Below are positions 39,314 to 50,463 of a DNA stretch of 64,000 bases, piece after piece. The notes under the pieces are model-generated. The model did not search any database, was not told the origin of the DNA, and saw only the letters and a program-made list of their open reading frames with translations. The position numbers and the translations under genes were made by a program. The stretch spans positions 1,248,001 to 1,312,000 of the forward strand of contig OY820905.2 of assembly GCA_963555755.3 (NCBI GenBank). Reading direction: 5' to 3'. Each line of letters begins with the position of its first letter. Positions within the stretch are counted from its first letter, which is position 1. The stretch is from Nitrospirales bacterium (GTDB lineage: Bacteria; Nitrospirota; Nitrospiria; Nitrospirales; UBA8639).

Positions 39314-40354
39314 CTATTGCAGCACCACATGGCCGCGACGATTTTCCTGATAGCACGATTCTTCTGACCCTGTGCAGCTCGGACGCTCTTTACCATAACT
39401 CACAATTTGGATGCGCGAAGAAGACACGCCTAGGTTAACCAGGTAATCTTTCACCGCCTGAGCCCGGCGTTCACCTAATACGAGATTATAGTCCGTGGTT
39501 CCACGTTCATCACAATGGCCTTCGATCAGGACGCTGGAATCTTGGTACGTCGCACTGAGTAATTGCGCATTCTCTTGTAAGGTGGAGACCGCATCGTCTC
39601 GAATAACGTATTGGTCAAAATCAAAATACACATGCCCCAATCCGCCCCCGCCACCAATTCCATTGGTTCCATCTTCTTGAGAGCCATCCAAGTCACCTTG
39701 GCTTAAGGGCTCCATAGAATCAAGATCGGGCAATCGCACGACTTCGTCGCCAGACCCCGAAGTGCCACTCGTTCCCATGCCTGAATCGGTTGATGGGCTA
39801 CCATCACCCAACATAGGTTGCGGAGGATTTTCCGGAACAAAATCTGAAGGTATGAGTGCACGGACAAATTGTTGTCCCTCATACCCACTGGGCCCCATGG
39901 ATTCTCCCGTGGGCACATGTGTATCACTGTCCGTTCCGCCTTCCATTCCATCGGATATTCCTGTATCGGAGGCTCTAGTGTCGGCTATTGTGCTACCACC
40001 TGAAATATCCCCGCCCATGCTCGCACCACTCACATCACGAAGCGTGGGAGACGGAGGGTCTTCCGGATTAATACTTGAGGGGAACCGTGCCGAACTCCCA
40101 GTTCCAGCGACCGTACCTGAGGAATCACTCACCGACAGGGAGCCTTCGCTCATCCCTTGGCCAGCCAGGGGAATCCCTCCTTGGTCGCTGCCTGAACCCG
40201 TGCCTGAGCCCTGCGAGCCGGAGGCCTGAGCTTGGGCCGCCAATTCCTCAGCGGTCATGACTTCAGCATGTTTCGTGGTCTCACACCCAGTGAGGAACAT
40301 GATCATGGCTGCGGTCGCAATAACGAGGGCTGCAGAACCTTTCACATTACGCAT
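39314..40354 (-). CDS. pal: Pal/OmpA-family lipoprotein with a long low-complexity linker
   Basis: LTGC lipobox; VYFDFD, IEGHCDERGT.DYNL.LGERRA, SYGKERP, NRR. Confidence 0.85.
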   Translation of the reverse strand: MRNVKGSAALVIATAAMIMFLTGCETTKHAEVMTAEELAAQAQASGSQGSGTGSGSDQGGIPLAGQGMSEGSLSVSDSSGTVAGTGSSARFPSSINPEDPPSPTLRDVSGASMGGDISGGSTIADTRASDTGISDGMEGGTDSDTHVPTGESMGPSGYEGQQFVRALIPSDFVPENPPQPMLGDGSPSTDSGMGTSGTSGSGDEVVRLPDLDSMEPLSQGDLDGSQEDGTNGIGGGGGLGHVYFDFDQYVIRDDAVSTLQENAQLLSATYQDSSVLIEGHCDERGTTDYNLVLGERRAQAVKDYLVNLGVSSSRIQIVSYGKERPSCTGSEESCYQENRRGHVVLQ

Positions 40355-40722
40355 ACAACCAACTCCTTTCATCTATGACCCTTTCACCAGGCACGAATGG
40401 TAAACCCAATAAATATTACGTCCCTTTGGTTCATTCATCCCATTCAATACTGGAAAAGAGGCCATGCCATGCCCCCATATAAGAAGAAGAGACCACTAGT
40501 GTGTAGACCTATGTAGACATTATTCAGGTATTTATTAATCAATAACACAAAATTGTCAACGAATGATTGCGATTTCCTCCGAATCGCAACCAATACACGC
40601 ATGCCTTGACTGAGGAATTTTCGGGCCAGTATGATCTTAGCCCTTCCCGTGGCCCGCGTGATTTCAAAATTTTATCAACGACAACACGAGCGAGCGCACG
40701 AGATCGCACGATCAGCTTAAGC

Positions 40723-41721
40723 ATGATTTCCGTTCAACACATCACGAAACGCTACGGCAACCACCTCGCCATTGAAGACGTCACCTTCGATGTCAAACGG
40801 GGCGAAATCCTTGGATTTCTGGGTCCAAACGGCGCGGGAAAAACGACCACCATGCGCATTATCACCGGCTTTATGCCAGCCAGCGAGGGCACGGTCCAGG
40901 TGGCCGGATTCGACTGTTTTGAGCACCCCCAAGAAATAAAAAAGCGCATTGGATATTTGCCTGAATCCCCACCATTGTACCAAGAACTCACGGTCACGGA
41001 ATATCTGAGGTTCGTCGGCCAGTTAAAACGTCTACCTCCCTCACGCGTTCCCGGTCGCATGGCCCAAGTCATTGAGCAACTGGGACTCGGATCGGTCCGC
41101 CACCGGGTAATCGGCCATTTGTCCAAAGGGTTTCGCCAACGGGTCGGTTTGGCGCAAGCCCTTATTCATGACCCACCGGTGTTGATTCTTGATGAACCCA
41201 CGATAGGACTCGATCCGATACAAATTATCGAAATTCGAGACGTGATCCGTGGGTTAGCGGGATCCCATACGGTCATTTTAAGCACGCATATTTTGTCGGA
41301 AGCCACCGCCATATGTGATCGTGTCGTCATAATTGACCGCGGCCACATCGTGGCCGAAGATACGCCGGCCCAACTCTCCTCTCGACTGCGACAGTCGGAA
41401 AAAATAAGCCTCACAGTTAAACACCCTCCGGATAATTGGCGTGAACGGCTTTCGACAATTCCCGGTGTCCTCCAGGTCATCCAGGGCCCAACACCTGAAA
41501 CCAGTATCATTGAATATGAACTCGGGCAGGACCTGCGCGAAGACATCGCGCAGTTTGTCGTCAACCAAGGTGTCGGACTCTTGGAACTCAAACCCCTTTC
41601 CCTATCATTGGAAGACGTGTTTCTCCAATTGACGCAACAGGACGAAAACCTAGCCCACGCGCAAGAGGATTCTCCTTCCTCACACCCATCATCACCCGTG
41701 GAGAACCGGACCCAAGCATGA
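40723..41721 (+). CDS. ABC transporter ATP-binding protein (GldA-like)
   Basis: GPNGAGKTT, LSKGFRQRV, LILDEPT. Confidence 0.92.
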   Translation: MISVQHITKRYGNHLAIEDVTFDVKRGEILGFLGPNGAGKTTTMRIITGFMPASEGTVQVAGFDCFEHPQEIKKRIGYLPESPPLYQELTVTEYLRFVGQLKRLPPSRVPGRMAQVIEQLGLGSVRHRVIGHLSKGFRQRVGLAQALIHDPPVLILDEPTIGLDPIQIIEIRDVIRGLAGSHTVILSTHILSEATAICDRVVIIDRGHIVAEDTPAQLSSRLRQSEKISLTVKHPPDNWRERLSTIPGVLQVIQGPTPETSIIEYELGQDLREDIAQFVVNQGVGLLELKPLSLSLEDVFLQLTQQDENLAHAQEDSPSSHPSSPVENRTQA

Positions 41722-42488
41722 CTCCTGTCAACACGCTCATTGCCAAAGAACTTCGCTGCTTTGTGGTGTCACCCGTGTTCTATGTGGTCGGCGCCGTGTT
41801 CTTGTTTATTTCCGGATTCCTGGCGCATCTCATGGTCGTGAATGCCGGACAACAAGCCCTCCGGTTTTTGCAAATGCAAAATACCTATGCACAGCTCAAC
41901 TTGAATGAATTAGTCTTCCGCCCCATCTTTCACAGCTTGGCCATCGTCCTCATTTTCCTGCTGCCGATGCTCACCATGCGGCTCTTTGCCGAAGAACGGA
42001 AATTGCGCACCATGGAATTGCTGCTGACCTCACCCATCGGGATCAATGAAATTATTTCCGCGAAATTTATGAGCGTACTGATTATTTACCTCGGTCTGTT
42101 GGGATTAACCGGACTCACACCGTTCGTACTCTCGTTTTATAGTACGTTTAGTAACGATCCCATTCTGACCGGCTATCTCGGTTTAGCCCTGCAAGGTGCA
42201 TTCTTTTTATCGTGTGGCGTCCTGGCTTCGACCTTGACCGAAAATCAAATCGTCGCGGCATTTCTGAGTTTTGGCATCATCATTGTCTTTTGGCTCATTG
42301 GTGGGCTGGGGTCAATGTTGGGCGATACGACGCTCGGGGTAGTCATTTCCTATCTCTCCTTTGTGGAGCATTTCGATCGTCTCGTCCGAGGGCTGCTGGA
42401 AGCCAAAGATATCGTGTACTACCTGTCCGGCACGGTGTTGATGTTGTTTATCGCTCACCGAGTCGTGGATTCACATCGATGGCAATAA
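41718..42488 (+). CDS. ABC-2 permease (GldF-like)
   Basis: LTMRLFAEERK..T.ELLLTSP, TENQIVA. Confidence 0.88.
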   Translation: MTPVNTLIAKELRCFVVSPVFYVVGAVFLFISGFLAHLMVVNAGQQALRFLQMQNTYAQLNLNELVFRPIFHSLAIVLIFLLPMLTMRLFAEERKLRTMELLLTSPIGINEIISAKFMSVLIIYLGLLGLTGLTPFVLSFYSTFSNDPILTGYLGLALQGAFFLSCGVLASTLTENQIVAAFLSFGIIIVFWLIGGLGSMLGDTTLGVVISYLSFVEHFDRLVRGLLEAKDIVYYLSGTVLMLFIAHRVVDSHRWQ

Positions 42489-44008
42489 ACCCACTCATGC
42501 CGTTATTAGGAATCTTGGGAGCGGTGCTGGCACTCAGCGGATTGGTGCTGTCAGAAATCGATCCGTCCCGACCAGGAACCGTGGCCACTCTGGAAGGCCT
42601 TGGGTTGTTGTGCTTGTCGATGTACCTCGTCGGCAATTGGCAGCGACTCAAAACGTTTTCCACTCAGCGTTCCACCATACTTGGTTTTCATAGCATCCTG
42701 GCGATCTTGTTGATGATCGGCATCCTCGTCATCGTAAACTTTCTGGTAGTCCGCCACGGAGGACGGTGGGACTTATCCGAAACCCAGCGTTTCTCTCTTG
42801 CGCCTCAAACTTTTCAAATATTGGGCCAACTCAGACAGGATGTCCACATTCGCGTCTTTGCCCATGAGCGTAGCCCGGGGTTTGGCGCCTATCGGGATTG
42901 GCTGGATACCTACAGCCACGTCTCGCCTCATATTCTGGTTACTTTTATTGACCCCGAAAAGGAACCTCAGCTCGCTCGGGAGCTCGATATTACAAAAATC
43001 GATACCGCCGTGTTTCAGAGTGGGGAGCAGACCATCCAGGTGACCAAACCCACCGAAGCCAATCTGACCAGTGCATTGATTCGCGTGACCAAGGATGAGA
43101 AAAAACGGATCGTGTTTCTGGAAGGACATGGGGAACGACGGATACAGGACCACGAAAGCGGAGGACTGTCGTTCCTAAAGGAACGCTTGGAGACTCAAGG
43201 CTATGAGGTTGACCGAGAAATATCGACAAACGATGCCGTAACGCTTCAGGGAACCACCGTGGTCATCGTAGCCGGACCCCGTGAACCGGTCTCCAAAACA
43301 GAGACCGAACGCATCAGGAACTTTGTTGAGACAGGTGGTCGCGTACTGTTATTGATTGATCCCCAAACCACCTCAGGTCTCGACCACATGTTGGCCCAAT
43401 GGGGACTCACGCTGGGGCCAGGGATTATTGTCGATCCCGAGGATCGTGTGTCACAAAGTAGCCCTACGGCTTTACTTGTTCGACGTTTTACGACTCACGC
43501 CATCACCCAAGGTTTTACCGCACCAATTTTACTGCCTGTGTCACAAAACGTGAGTTTTGACCAAACCACAGCCCTTCAATGGACCTTTACATCCCTCACC
43601 CAATCCTCGGAAGCCAGTTGGGCTGAAACGAACTTTACCCAGACCACTCCAGAATTCGAAGAAGGCGAAGACAGAAAAGGACCGTTCACACTCGCGGCAG
43701 CACTTGAGTTCACGGATGGAAAAAATTCTGGAGCTCCACATCCATCCTCCGTCATTATTGGCAACTCGGCCTTTGCCAGTAATGCGTATGCGAAGTTTCC
43801 CGGCAATACCGACTTTCTGTTAAACGCCGTTGCCTGGCTTGCGCAGGAAGAAGCCCTGATTTCTATTTCAGCCAAAGACCCCACATTTGCCCCATTCATT
43901 CCGAACCCGACACAGGAACATATGTTGCTGGCTGTCCAAGTCTTCTCGGTTCCCCTGCTGTTGTTGTTTCTGGGGATCACAATTTGGCGCCGACGGAGTC
44001 AGTTGTAA
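42479..44008 (+). CDS. GldG-family ABC auxiliary protein
   Basis: WDLSE...FSL, F..GHGE, GN.DF.LNAV.WL, C-terminal TM + WRRR. Confidence 0.85.
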   Translation: MAINPLMPLLGILGAVLALSGLVLSEIDPSRPGTVATLEGLGLLCLSMYLVGNWQRLKTFSTQRSTILGFHSILAILLMIGILVIVNFLVVRHGGRWDLSETQRFSLAPQTFQILGQLRQDVHIRVFAHERSPGFGAYRDWLDTYSHVSPHILVTFIDPEKEPQLARELDITKIDTAVFQSGEQTIQVTKPTEANLTSALIRVTKDEKKRIVFLEGHGERRIQDHESGGLSFLKERLETQGYEVDREISTNDAVTLQGTTVVIVAGPREPVSKTETERIRNFVETGGRVLLLIDPQTTSGLDHMLAQWGLTLGPGIIVDPEDRVSQSSPTALLVRRFTTHAITQGFTAPILLPVSQNVSFDQTTALQWTFTSLTQSSEASWAETNFTQTTPEFEEGEDRKGPFTLAAALEFTDGKNSGAPHPSSVIIGNSAFASNAYAKFPGNTDFLLNAVAWLAQEEALISISAKDPTFAPFIPNPTQEHMLLAVQVFSVPLLLLFLGITIWRRRSQL

Positions 44009-44058
44009 CACTGAGAAACGCACAACACCCCAAAGGCCATGCAACGAATCACAACCCC

Positions 44059-45450
44059 ATGATATCCTACCGAACCACTATCTTACTCGCGGTGATTTTC
44101 GCCGGACTCGCCGTGTACCTCTATACCATCGAAGTTCCAACGATGGAACAAGAAGTGGTTCAACAACAGGAAGTCCAACGTCTCCTGCCATTTGACTATC
44201 GCGAAGTCACGGAATTGAAGATCACCACGCGTACGGAAACGATTCAGCTCTCCCGTGATGATCGCCACCGATGGAGCGTCGTGGAACCCCTTCAGGCTAA
44301 AGCCGACTCCCGAGAAATCGGAAAAATTCTCCGCGCGCTCGAGATTGGAAAAATTTCCCGCGTGATCCAAGAAGATGCGAAGGATCTCAGTGACTATGGC
44401 CTTGGGTCCCCACATGTCATTATCCAACTCAAAACTAATGGGCAACTCACGACCAATGGGCAATCCGAAACCCTCAGCCTGGGGGATGTAAGCCCCTTGA
44501 CCTCGACCCTCTATGCTCAACGAGCATCAGACACACAGATTCTCTTGACCACCTTATCGGTCAGGGATTTCCGCCGAAAAAACTTGTTCACCTTCAGACA
44601 TAAAGATGTGCTGTTTTTCGATCGGACTCGTGTTGAGCGCATTCAGCTCCAACACGCCGATCAACAGATGACGTTACAGCGAGTGGCTTCCATGCATGGG
44701 CCAACCAGCAATTGGCGTTTTTCCGATCCCTTCGAAGGCCCGGCGGATAAAACGTCTGTCGGACTGGTGCTCATGGCCCTCGACGACTTATCTGCAACAG
44801 ATTTCATCGACGCGCCATCTGAAAAAGAAGCGTTGTTGAAACGTTTACCGCCACCTATTTTGACAGCCATAGTCCATACGGGACGACGAGGGCACCTGGT
44901 CACATTCTTTCAGCAGTTGGAACAACCCGATGAGATATACGCTATCACCTCGGCGGATGATCCCATTTACAAAATCGCTCCAGCCACGCTTCAAGGACTT
45001 CCGACACGGGCTTTTGACCTGCAGGATAAGCGGTTATTTGGCATGGAAATGGCCGAGATCGGTTTGCTCACCGTCACGACATCTTCCGGATCGTATACAG
45101 TGGTTCAGCAACATGGAGAATGGTATCTGGACGGCGCAACGGATCGGCCTATTGATCAAAAGGAAATGAAACTGTTTGTCAGTCGTGTGGTCGATCTTCC
45201 TGCTGAGCTGTCGATTCGCGTCACCACAGACAACCTAGAGGAGTATGGCCTCGGCTCGCCGGCCATTGACATCATCGGCGTGGATACGAGAGGACGGCCA
45301 CGCGGCCATTTGGCGTTGGGAAAAAGAGAGAAAGGGTTGGTGTATGCCACGGGAGCCGGGTTGCCTGGGGTGTATCAAGCCCGATCCGTGATTTTAACCC
45401 AGATGCCTGCTGACGACTTTCTTCGGAAGGTCAATCCAGAAAAATTTTGA
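44059..45450 (+). CDS. DUF4340 domain protein
   Basis: N-terminal TM; repeated YGL..P; usual partner of the GldAFG-like operon. Confidence 0.8.
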   Translation: MISYRTTILLAVIFAGLAVYLYTIEVPTMEQEVVQQQEVQRLLPFDYREVTELKITTRTETIQLSRDDRHRWSVVEPLQAKADSREIGKILRALEIGKISRVIQEDAKDLSDYGLGSPHVIIQLKTNGQLTTNGQSETLSLGDVSPLTSTLYAQRASDTQILLTTLSVRDFRRKNLFTFRHKDVLFFDRTRVERIQLQHADQQMTLQRVASMHGPTSNWRFSDPFEGPADKTSVGLVLMALDDLSATDFIDAPSEKEALLKRLPPPILTAIVHTGRRGHLVTFFQQLEQPDEIYAITSADDPIYKIAPATLQGLPTRAFDLQDKRLFGMEMAEIGLLTVTTSSGSYTVVQQHGEWYLDGATDRPIDQKEMKLFVSRVVDLPAELSIRVTTDNLEEYGLGSPAIDIIGVDTRGRPRGHLALGKREKGLVYATGAGLPGVYQARSVILTQMPADDFLRKVNPEKF

Positions 45451-45731
45451 TCGGAGAAAAATTTTCTCATCAAACACATTCGAAAACGCCAAATGGCAAT
45501 CTCGAGCCCCTTCGACTACCACAGCCGTATCGAAGAGCATGAATGGATCAACAACCATGCAACTGCCTTTTGTCATTTCAACCCTTGAGAGAAATCTCCC
45601 CTCTTTTCACATCAGCCAAGCCTAGGCCTCACGGATGAGGAGATTTCTCTCAAGGGTCGAAATGACAAAAGGAAAGGACCGGTTCACCTAGCCTTTCCAG
45701 AATTAGACGGACATCCTGTGGGTACACTGGA

Positions 45732-45905
45732 TTATTCCTTTTGTTCCTCTTTTTCCATTTTCTGGAAAAACCTGTCTGAATCCCCCCTCGTATCTTGCGT
45801 GGTACGCGAAGAGGATGGCTCTTCGGGTCCTGAGGAACATCCCACTCCCAAAAACACAACCACGCCTAACACCACGAGTGCCACAATCTGTTTTTTTCGA
45901 TTCAT
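45732..45905 (-). CDS. Small lipoprotein
   Basis: RBS ggggag; basic N-terminus, hydrophobic stretch, VGC lipobox. Confidence 0.65.
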   Translation of the reverse strand: MNRKKQIVALVVLGVVVFLGVGCSSGPEEPSSSRTTQDTRGDSDRFFQKMEKEEQKE

Positions 45906-46110
45906 CTGTAGTCTCCCCTCGTTCACACATTCACATTTTTGGCACATGGCTCGCAGACCCCATTTCCGGGCACGGTATTGTATGGCCTAGTAACATTATA
46001 CCCAGAGCGGAAGATTCCGCGAAGCCCCAAGTTTGACGGTCTCACAGAATTTTGATAGCGTTTTTTCCACATCTATCACCACCGGATACCCGGCTACCAA
46101 CACGCCACCC

Positions 46111-46863
46111 ATGTCTCCTAAGAATTTTCTTCGTTCCTTTCCTCTTTTCGCACCCCTTTCGGAATCTGATTACGATCTTCTCTTGACTGACATTCAGGAA
46201 ACACCCTATCAGAAAGGTGAATATATTTTCCGCGAAGGAGACCCGACTGAATGGTTCCATATCGTCAAGGAGGGCACGGTCAAGTGTGTGAAGTCCTCGC
46301 CGGATGGACGAGACATGACCTTAAAGATCTTAACACCGGGTGACCTTTTTTGTTGCGAAGCCTCGGTCTTTGAAGGTGCTGTACATCCGGGGTGTGCCAA
46401 GGTACTGGATGGCGCAACCATTCTCAAAATTCCCAAAAAACGATATTTGGAAATCCTTCGTCGAAACCCGGAAATGGCCATGGAAGTTATTCAATACCTG
46501 GGGGAGCGATTACGGGAAGCCCAAGATAACGCCAAATCCTTGGTCTTTCATCCGGCTGAGCAACGCATGGCTTCAATCCTGCTCTCTTTGGCCACAAAAG
46601 CAGGACAGCCCGATCAGGAAGGGATACGGCTCCAAGCACGGCTCACTCGTCGTGATCTTGCCGATATGGCTGGATTAACAGTTGAAACCGCAACACGCAT
46701 CATGGGACGATTCAAAGCAAAGAACATTGTCATTGGTAAGGCTAAAAAACTCATTATCTGCAACATGCAAGCGCTCAAAGCCCTGGCCAACCCGCCGGAA
46801 GAACCCAATGAGGAAGCTGGATGCAACCTCACCCTGCACCAGATCGATTATCAAAAAACATGA
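46111..46863 (+). CDS. Crp/Fnr family transcriptional regulator
   Basis: IFREGDP cNMP domain; LTRRDLADMAGLTVETATR HTH. Confidence 0.93.
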   Translation: MSPKNFLRSFPLFAPLSESDYDLLLTDIQETPYQKGEYIFREGDPTEWFHIVKEGTVKCVKSSPDGRDMTLKILTPGDLFCCEASVFEGAVHPGCAKVLDGATILKIPKKRYLEILRRNPEMAMEVIQYLGERLREAQDNAKSLVFHPAEQRMASILLSLATKAGQPDQEGIRLQARLTRRDLADMAGLTVETATRIMGRFKAKNIVIGKAKKLIICNMQALKALANPPEEPNEEAGCNLTLHQIDYQKT

Positions 46864-46901
46864 CTTAAGTCATGTTTTTAACTTTTGACTTCCCCTATAC
46901 T
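46854..46901 (+). promoter_or_regulatory. Predicted Crp/Fnr operator and -10 box of nirK
   Basis: Perfect 26-bp palindrome aaaaacatgactt|aagtcatgttttt (46854-46879); TATACT at 46896-46901. Confidence 0.7.
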
Positions 46902-46958
46902 CCCCAACATCTCGCCTTAATTTTTTTACACTGTCAGTGCGAAGAGAAGGAGCAGAGT

Positions 46959-47972
46959 ATGCAGTTGTCCTATAGTAAAGTTCGTTCGATTCTCATCATT
47001 GCCTCCCTACTATGTGTATTGCCGTTTTCGGTTTCGGCGAAGCAACAAACGATTCAGGCAACGTTGACCACCGCACCTCAGGTTCCTCCACCCACCTCAC
47101 GATCAACCCCGGCACGGGTCGTGGTCAATTTTGAAGCTCATGAATTCATTGGCGAATTAAGCTATGGAAAGCAATATACCTATTGGGGCTTTAACCACTC
47201 AGTCCCAGGCCCCATGATTCGTGTTCGTCAAAACGACACGGTGGAATTTCACCTGAAGAATCACAAAGACAACCGATTTCCTCATAATATTGATCTCCAC
47301 GCGGTCAATGGGCCGGGAGGCGGAGCCGGAGTCAATCTGGTGATACCAGGGAAAGAATCGGTTTTCTCGTTCAAAGTGTTAAACCCTGGACTGTTTATCT
47401 ACCACTGTGCCTCCCCGGTGCCCAGTATTCCCGCTCACATTGCCAATGGCATGTATGGAATGATTCTGGTGGAACCTGCTAGTGGTCTCCCCAAGGTCGA
47501 CCAAGAATATTACGTTCTACAAAGCGAGTTCTTTACCAAACCATCCAGCAAGGAAGGCCTGCTGGAACTTTCAATGGAAAAAGGCCTAGCCGAACAGCCC
47601 GATTTCGTGGTGTTTAACGGAAAGGATGGGGCATTGACCGGTGATGAAGTCCTGAAGGCTACTGCTGGGGAAACCGTTCGAATTTATTTTGGAAACATTG
47701 GTCCGAATAGCATTTCGTCGTTCCACATCATTGGTGAAATCTTCGATACGGTCTATGTCGAAGGGGCATTGGATGGGTTGGTAAACCGAAATGTCCAAAC
47801 CACGGTGGTCCCGTCGGCTGGTGCGACTATTGTCGAGTTTAAAGTTGATATTCCAGGCGATTATTTACTCGTCGACCACAGCATTTTCCGAGTCGCCAAA
47901 GGGGCGGTAGGCTTTTTATCCGTCACAGGCAAGGGAAACCCTGAGATTTTCCAAAGTATTCAGCGACCGTAA
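46959..47972 (+). CDS. nirK: Copper-containing nitrite reductase
   Basis: Signal peptide; PHNIDLHAV, YHC....HIANGMYG, SSFHIIGE, VDHS. Confidence 0.95.
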   Translation: MQLSYSKVRSILIIASLLCVLPFSVSAKQQTIQATLTTAPQVPPPTSRSTPARVVVNFEAHEFIGELSYGKQYTYWGFNHSVPGPMIRVRQNDTVEFHLKNHKDNRFPHNIDLHAVNGPGGGAGVNLVIPGKESVFSFKVLNPGLFIYHCASPVPSIPAHIANGMYGMILVEPASGLPKVDQEYYVLQSEFFTKPSSKEGLLELSMEKGLAEQPDFVVFNGKDGALTGDEVLKATAGETVRIYFGNIGPNSISSFHIIGEIFDTVYVEGALDGLVNRNVQTTVVPSAGATIVEFKVDIPGDYLLVDHSIFRVAKGAVGFLSVTGKGNPEIFQSIQRP

Positions 47973-48165
47973 CCGTTTAGGAATTGGTAAAGGGTAAAGA
48001 ATATGTCGTTATTCTTTTCCCTTCACTCATCACACCCGCCTGTCAGGGGCTGTTGAAAAAGGCTGTCCAGCAAGGCCGCAGGGCCTTTGGCGCCCGCAGC
48101 GTACATGAAGTACGTGAGGACGACAAAGGCCCGAGAACGCAGCTGGCGGCCTTTTTCAACAGCCC

Positions 48166-48483
48166 CTAGGGATTCGGAGCCATAAACACGAGCACCCGCA
48201 AACGGGAGCCTGAATGGTTTAGCACGCCGTGCTCCTCACCTGCTGGGGCCATGGTCCCCTGACCTGGTCCCAGAACCTGCTCTTGCCCACCGACCCGAAA
48301 TGTCCCTTGGCCTTCCAGGACAAGATAGACTTTATCTTGATCGGGATGCACATGCCCCTTTTGCTCTTGACCAGGCTCGAAGCAATAGACATCACAAAAA
48401 AAACGAGAGGTTTGAAACAGGTTATGCTTTTTCATTTTCTCTGTGGAAAACGTTTGGAAATCTGCCAGGCTTATCACTGTCAT
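48166..48483 (-). CDS. Cupin domain protein
   Basis: H.H....K.Y.VLEG.G, P.G..H...N. Confidence 0.85.
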   Translation of the reverse strand: MTVISLADFQTFSTEKMKKHNLFQTSRFFCDVYCFEPGQEQKGHVHPDQDKVYLVLEGQGTFRVGGQEQVLGPGQGTMAPAGEEHGVLNHSGSRLRVLVFMAPNP

Positions 48484-48723
48484 CAGAGTACCTCCAACTC
48501 AAACTGTCTTAACAGCAGCGCAACTCAATCCCGACTTTAGAAGTCATTATAAATAGCCCCTGAGACTCAAAGGATCCCCATTCTAACAAAGCTTTCGTGT
48601 CAACCCAAGAACTCATGGGGCATGCGTGAGGGGAATCTTTATTGAGATTTGCCTCGTCCGTCTTGTCATGGTAGCGTGTGAGAAACGCCACGTTGATCAC
48701 TCATTGCTATCGAGGAGCGATAC

Positions 48724-49356
48724 ATGAATCTGCGGGATACATTTCGGAACCAGATATTATGGAGTGTAGGTTTCCTCCTCATCCTGACCAGCGCAACATA
48801 CGCGGGGGACAAACTTCCTGGGGAATACCGCCTGATAGAGGAGCCGGAAATTCACACGAATGGCAAAGTCGTACTCTTGGAATTTGCGGATTTTTATTGC
48901 CCGCATTGTCATATGTTTGATAACCAGGTGAGCTCAACACTCAAAAAGGAATTCGGCGATCGTTTGGAAATTCAGATGATTGGCTTTCCCGTCATGCGCG
49001 GAAAATTGCCAACCGCTTTCGAAATGTATGAACAAGCCAAAGTCATGGGCAAAGGGCCGGAAATGAAAGCGGTCCTGTTTCGGTCCATTCATCAAGACAA
49101 GATCCATATTTTTGATCGAAGCCTTCGATCACTCTTGATTCGTGAAGTCGGACTCAACGTGAAAGACTTTGAAGCGGGAATGGCCACCGGCGAACCGTAT
49201 AAAGCGTTAGAGCATGGGAAAAAATGGGGTGAACGCATTGGCGTGACCCATACCCCCACCATCATCCTCAACGGAAATATTCGCGTTGACAATATCGGCA
49301 TTGAGAACCTCAGAACCCTGATTAAAGGGATTCTCAAGCAGGATAAAGCCGGCTAA
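48724..49356 (+). CDS. DsbA-family thiol:disulfide oxidoreductase
   Basis: Signal peptide; CPHC; G...TPT..LNG. Confidence 0.85.
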   Translation: MNLRDTFRNQILWSVGFLLILTSATYAGDKLPGEYRLIEEPEIHTNGKVVLLEFADFYCPHCHMFDNQVSSTLKKEFGDRLEIQMIGFPVMRGKLPTAFEMYEQAKVMGKGPEMKAVLFRSIHQDKIHIFDRSLRSLLIREVGLNVKDFEAGMATGEPYKALEHGKKWGERIGVTHTPTIILNGNIRVDNIGIENLRTLIKGILKQDKAG

Positions 49357-49571
49357 GGGTTCGCGCAAGAATATCACTTCCTAATATTTGGGTGTCTCAG
49401 CACCCAAACAGGGGAAGTTATTCTCGCGCGAACTTTAGCCCCGCATGTAATGAATTCCTAGCCAAACACGCCTCGACAACCCCCTAGCCAAGCCTGTTAT
49501 AATCCTAGCCAGCCTCATCTCAAGATGAGGTAGAAGCCCATCACCTTTTTTTGCCCCACTGGAGGAATCAT

Positions 49572-49775
49572 ATGGGAAAGAAGAAAGCCCCAAAAGTATC
49601 ATTTCCTGAAATAGACGCCATGCTTGAAGGCATGCAGGAATTACTCACGGATGAAGAAGGGAAGCCGCTTCCTTCGGATCACCCTCAAGTGATAAAACTA
49701 AAGAGCCTGGCGGAAAAAATCGGCACTAGCATGGAAGGCGGAGCGGGCGTTGACTCACTCCAGGGGCATGCGTAA
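49572..49775 (+). CDS. Small hypothetical protein (67 aa)
   Basis: Strong RBS ggagga; extended -10 tgtTATAAT at 49495-49503. Confidence 0.65.
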   Translation: MGKKKAPKVSFPEIDAMLEGMQELLTDEEGKPLPSDHPQVIKLKSLAEKIGTSMEGGAGVDSLQGHA

Positions 49776-50283
49776 TACGTATTGAAAAGGAAACGGCCTG
49801 GGTTTCCTGGCAACACAGAACCATCATTCTCATGGCTCATGATTGGGGTGGACTTCTGTAGCACTTATGCCTACAGAGCGAAATTGGGTCAAATGAAAAC
49901 TGGATCTTCTCCTAAGTGAGTGGGTAAATTTGGGCGAGTAATTTCCTGAAAGGCTTGCTGGAGAAGAGGTTGGTGGGTTTTTCTACCGTGGGAAAAGTGG
50001 CCAGGCGTTCTTGAAGCTTCACCCTGATCATCCCTCCCCTTTGTAAGAGGACCTGCCGGCGCACCGGAGCGCTTTCAGCCTTCGTAGTCACTTCGGCGAA
50101 GGCGGCTTGGTGAAGGCGTGGGCTAGGTGGGGTAGCGCCCGCGGCAAGGAGCGAGCCGCAGGCATGCTGAAAGCCTGGACCGGATTCGACACCAGGCTGC
50201 TGAGGTTCTAACGAATCTGGGTGGGGTGCGCGAAGAGCGATCTGAGCGGCTGTCGTGACCCTCTACCTCCCCTTCCCTCCTTA

Positions 50284-50463
50284 GGACCTGATAGAAAATA
50301 ACTTGAACAATTTCGCATCCAATCTTCGGGCCATCTTTGAACGGGCCTCAATCGAAAAACCCTCAACATAGCTGTGCTATGCCTCGGGTTTTTCTCAATC
50401 GTTCCGTCCAAATCCAACCCAAATCTTGGCGCGAAATTGTTCAAGTTATTTTCTCTCAGGTCC
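50284..50463. mobile_element. MITE with 33-bp TIRs inserted in a hairpin repeat
   Basis: ggacctga(t/g)agaaaataacttgaacaatttcgc at both ends; TTA duplication. Confidence 0.85.

Noticed and set aside
40501..40520. Direct repeat tgtagac between pal and the ABC operon as an operator
   Set aside because: Too short and unsupported by any other occurrence
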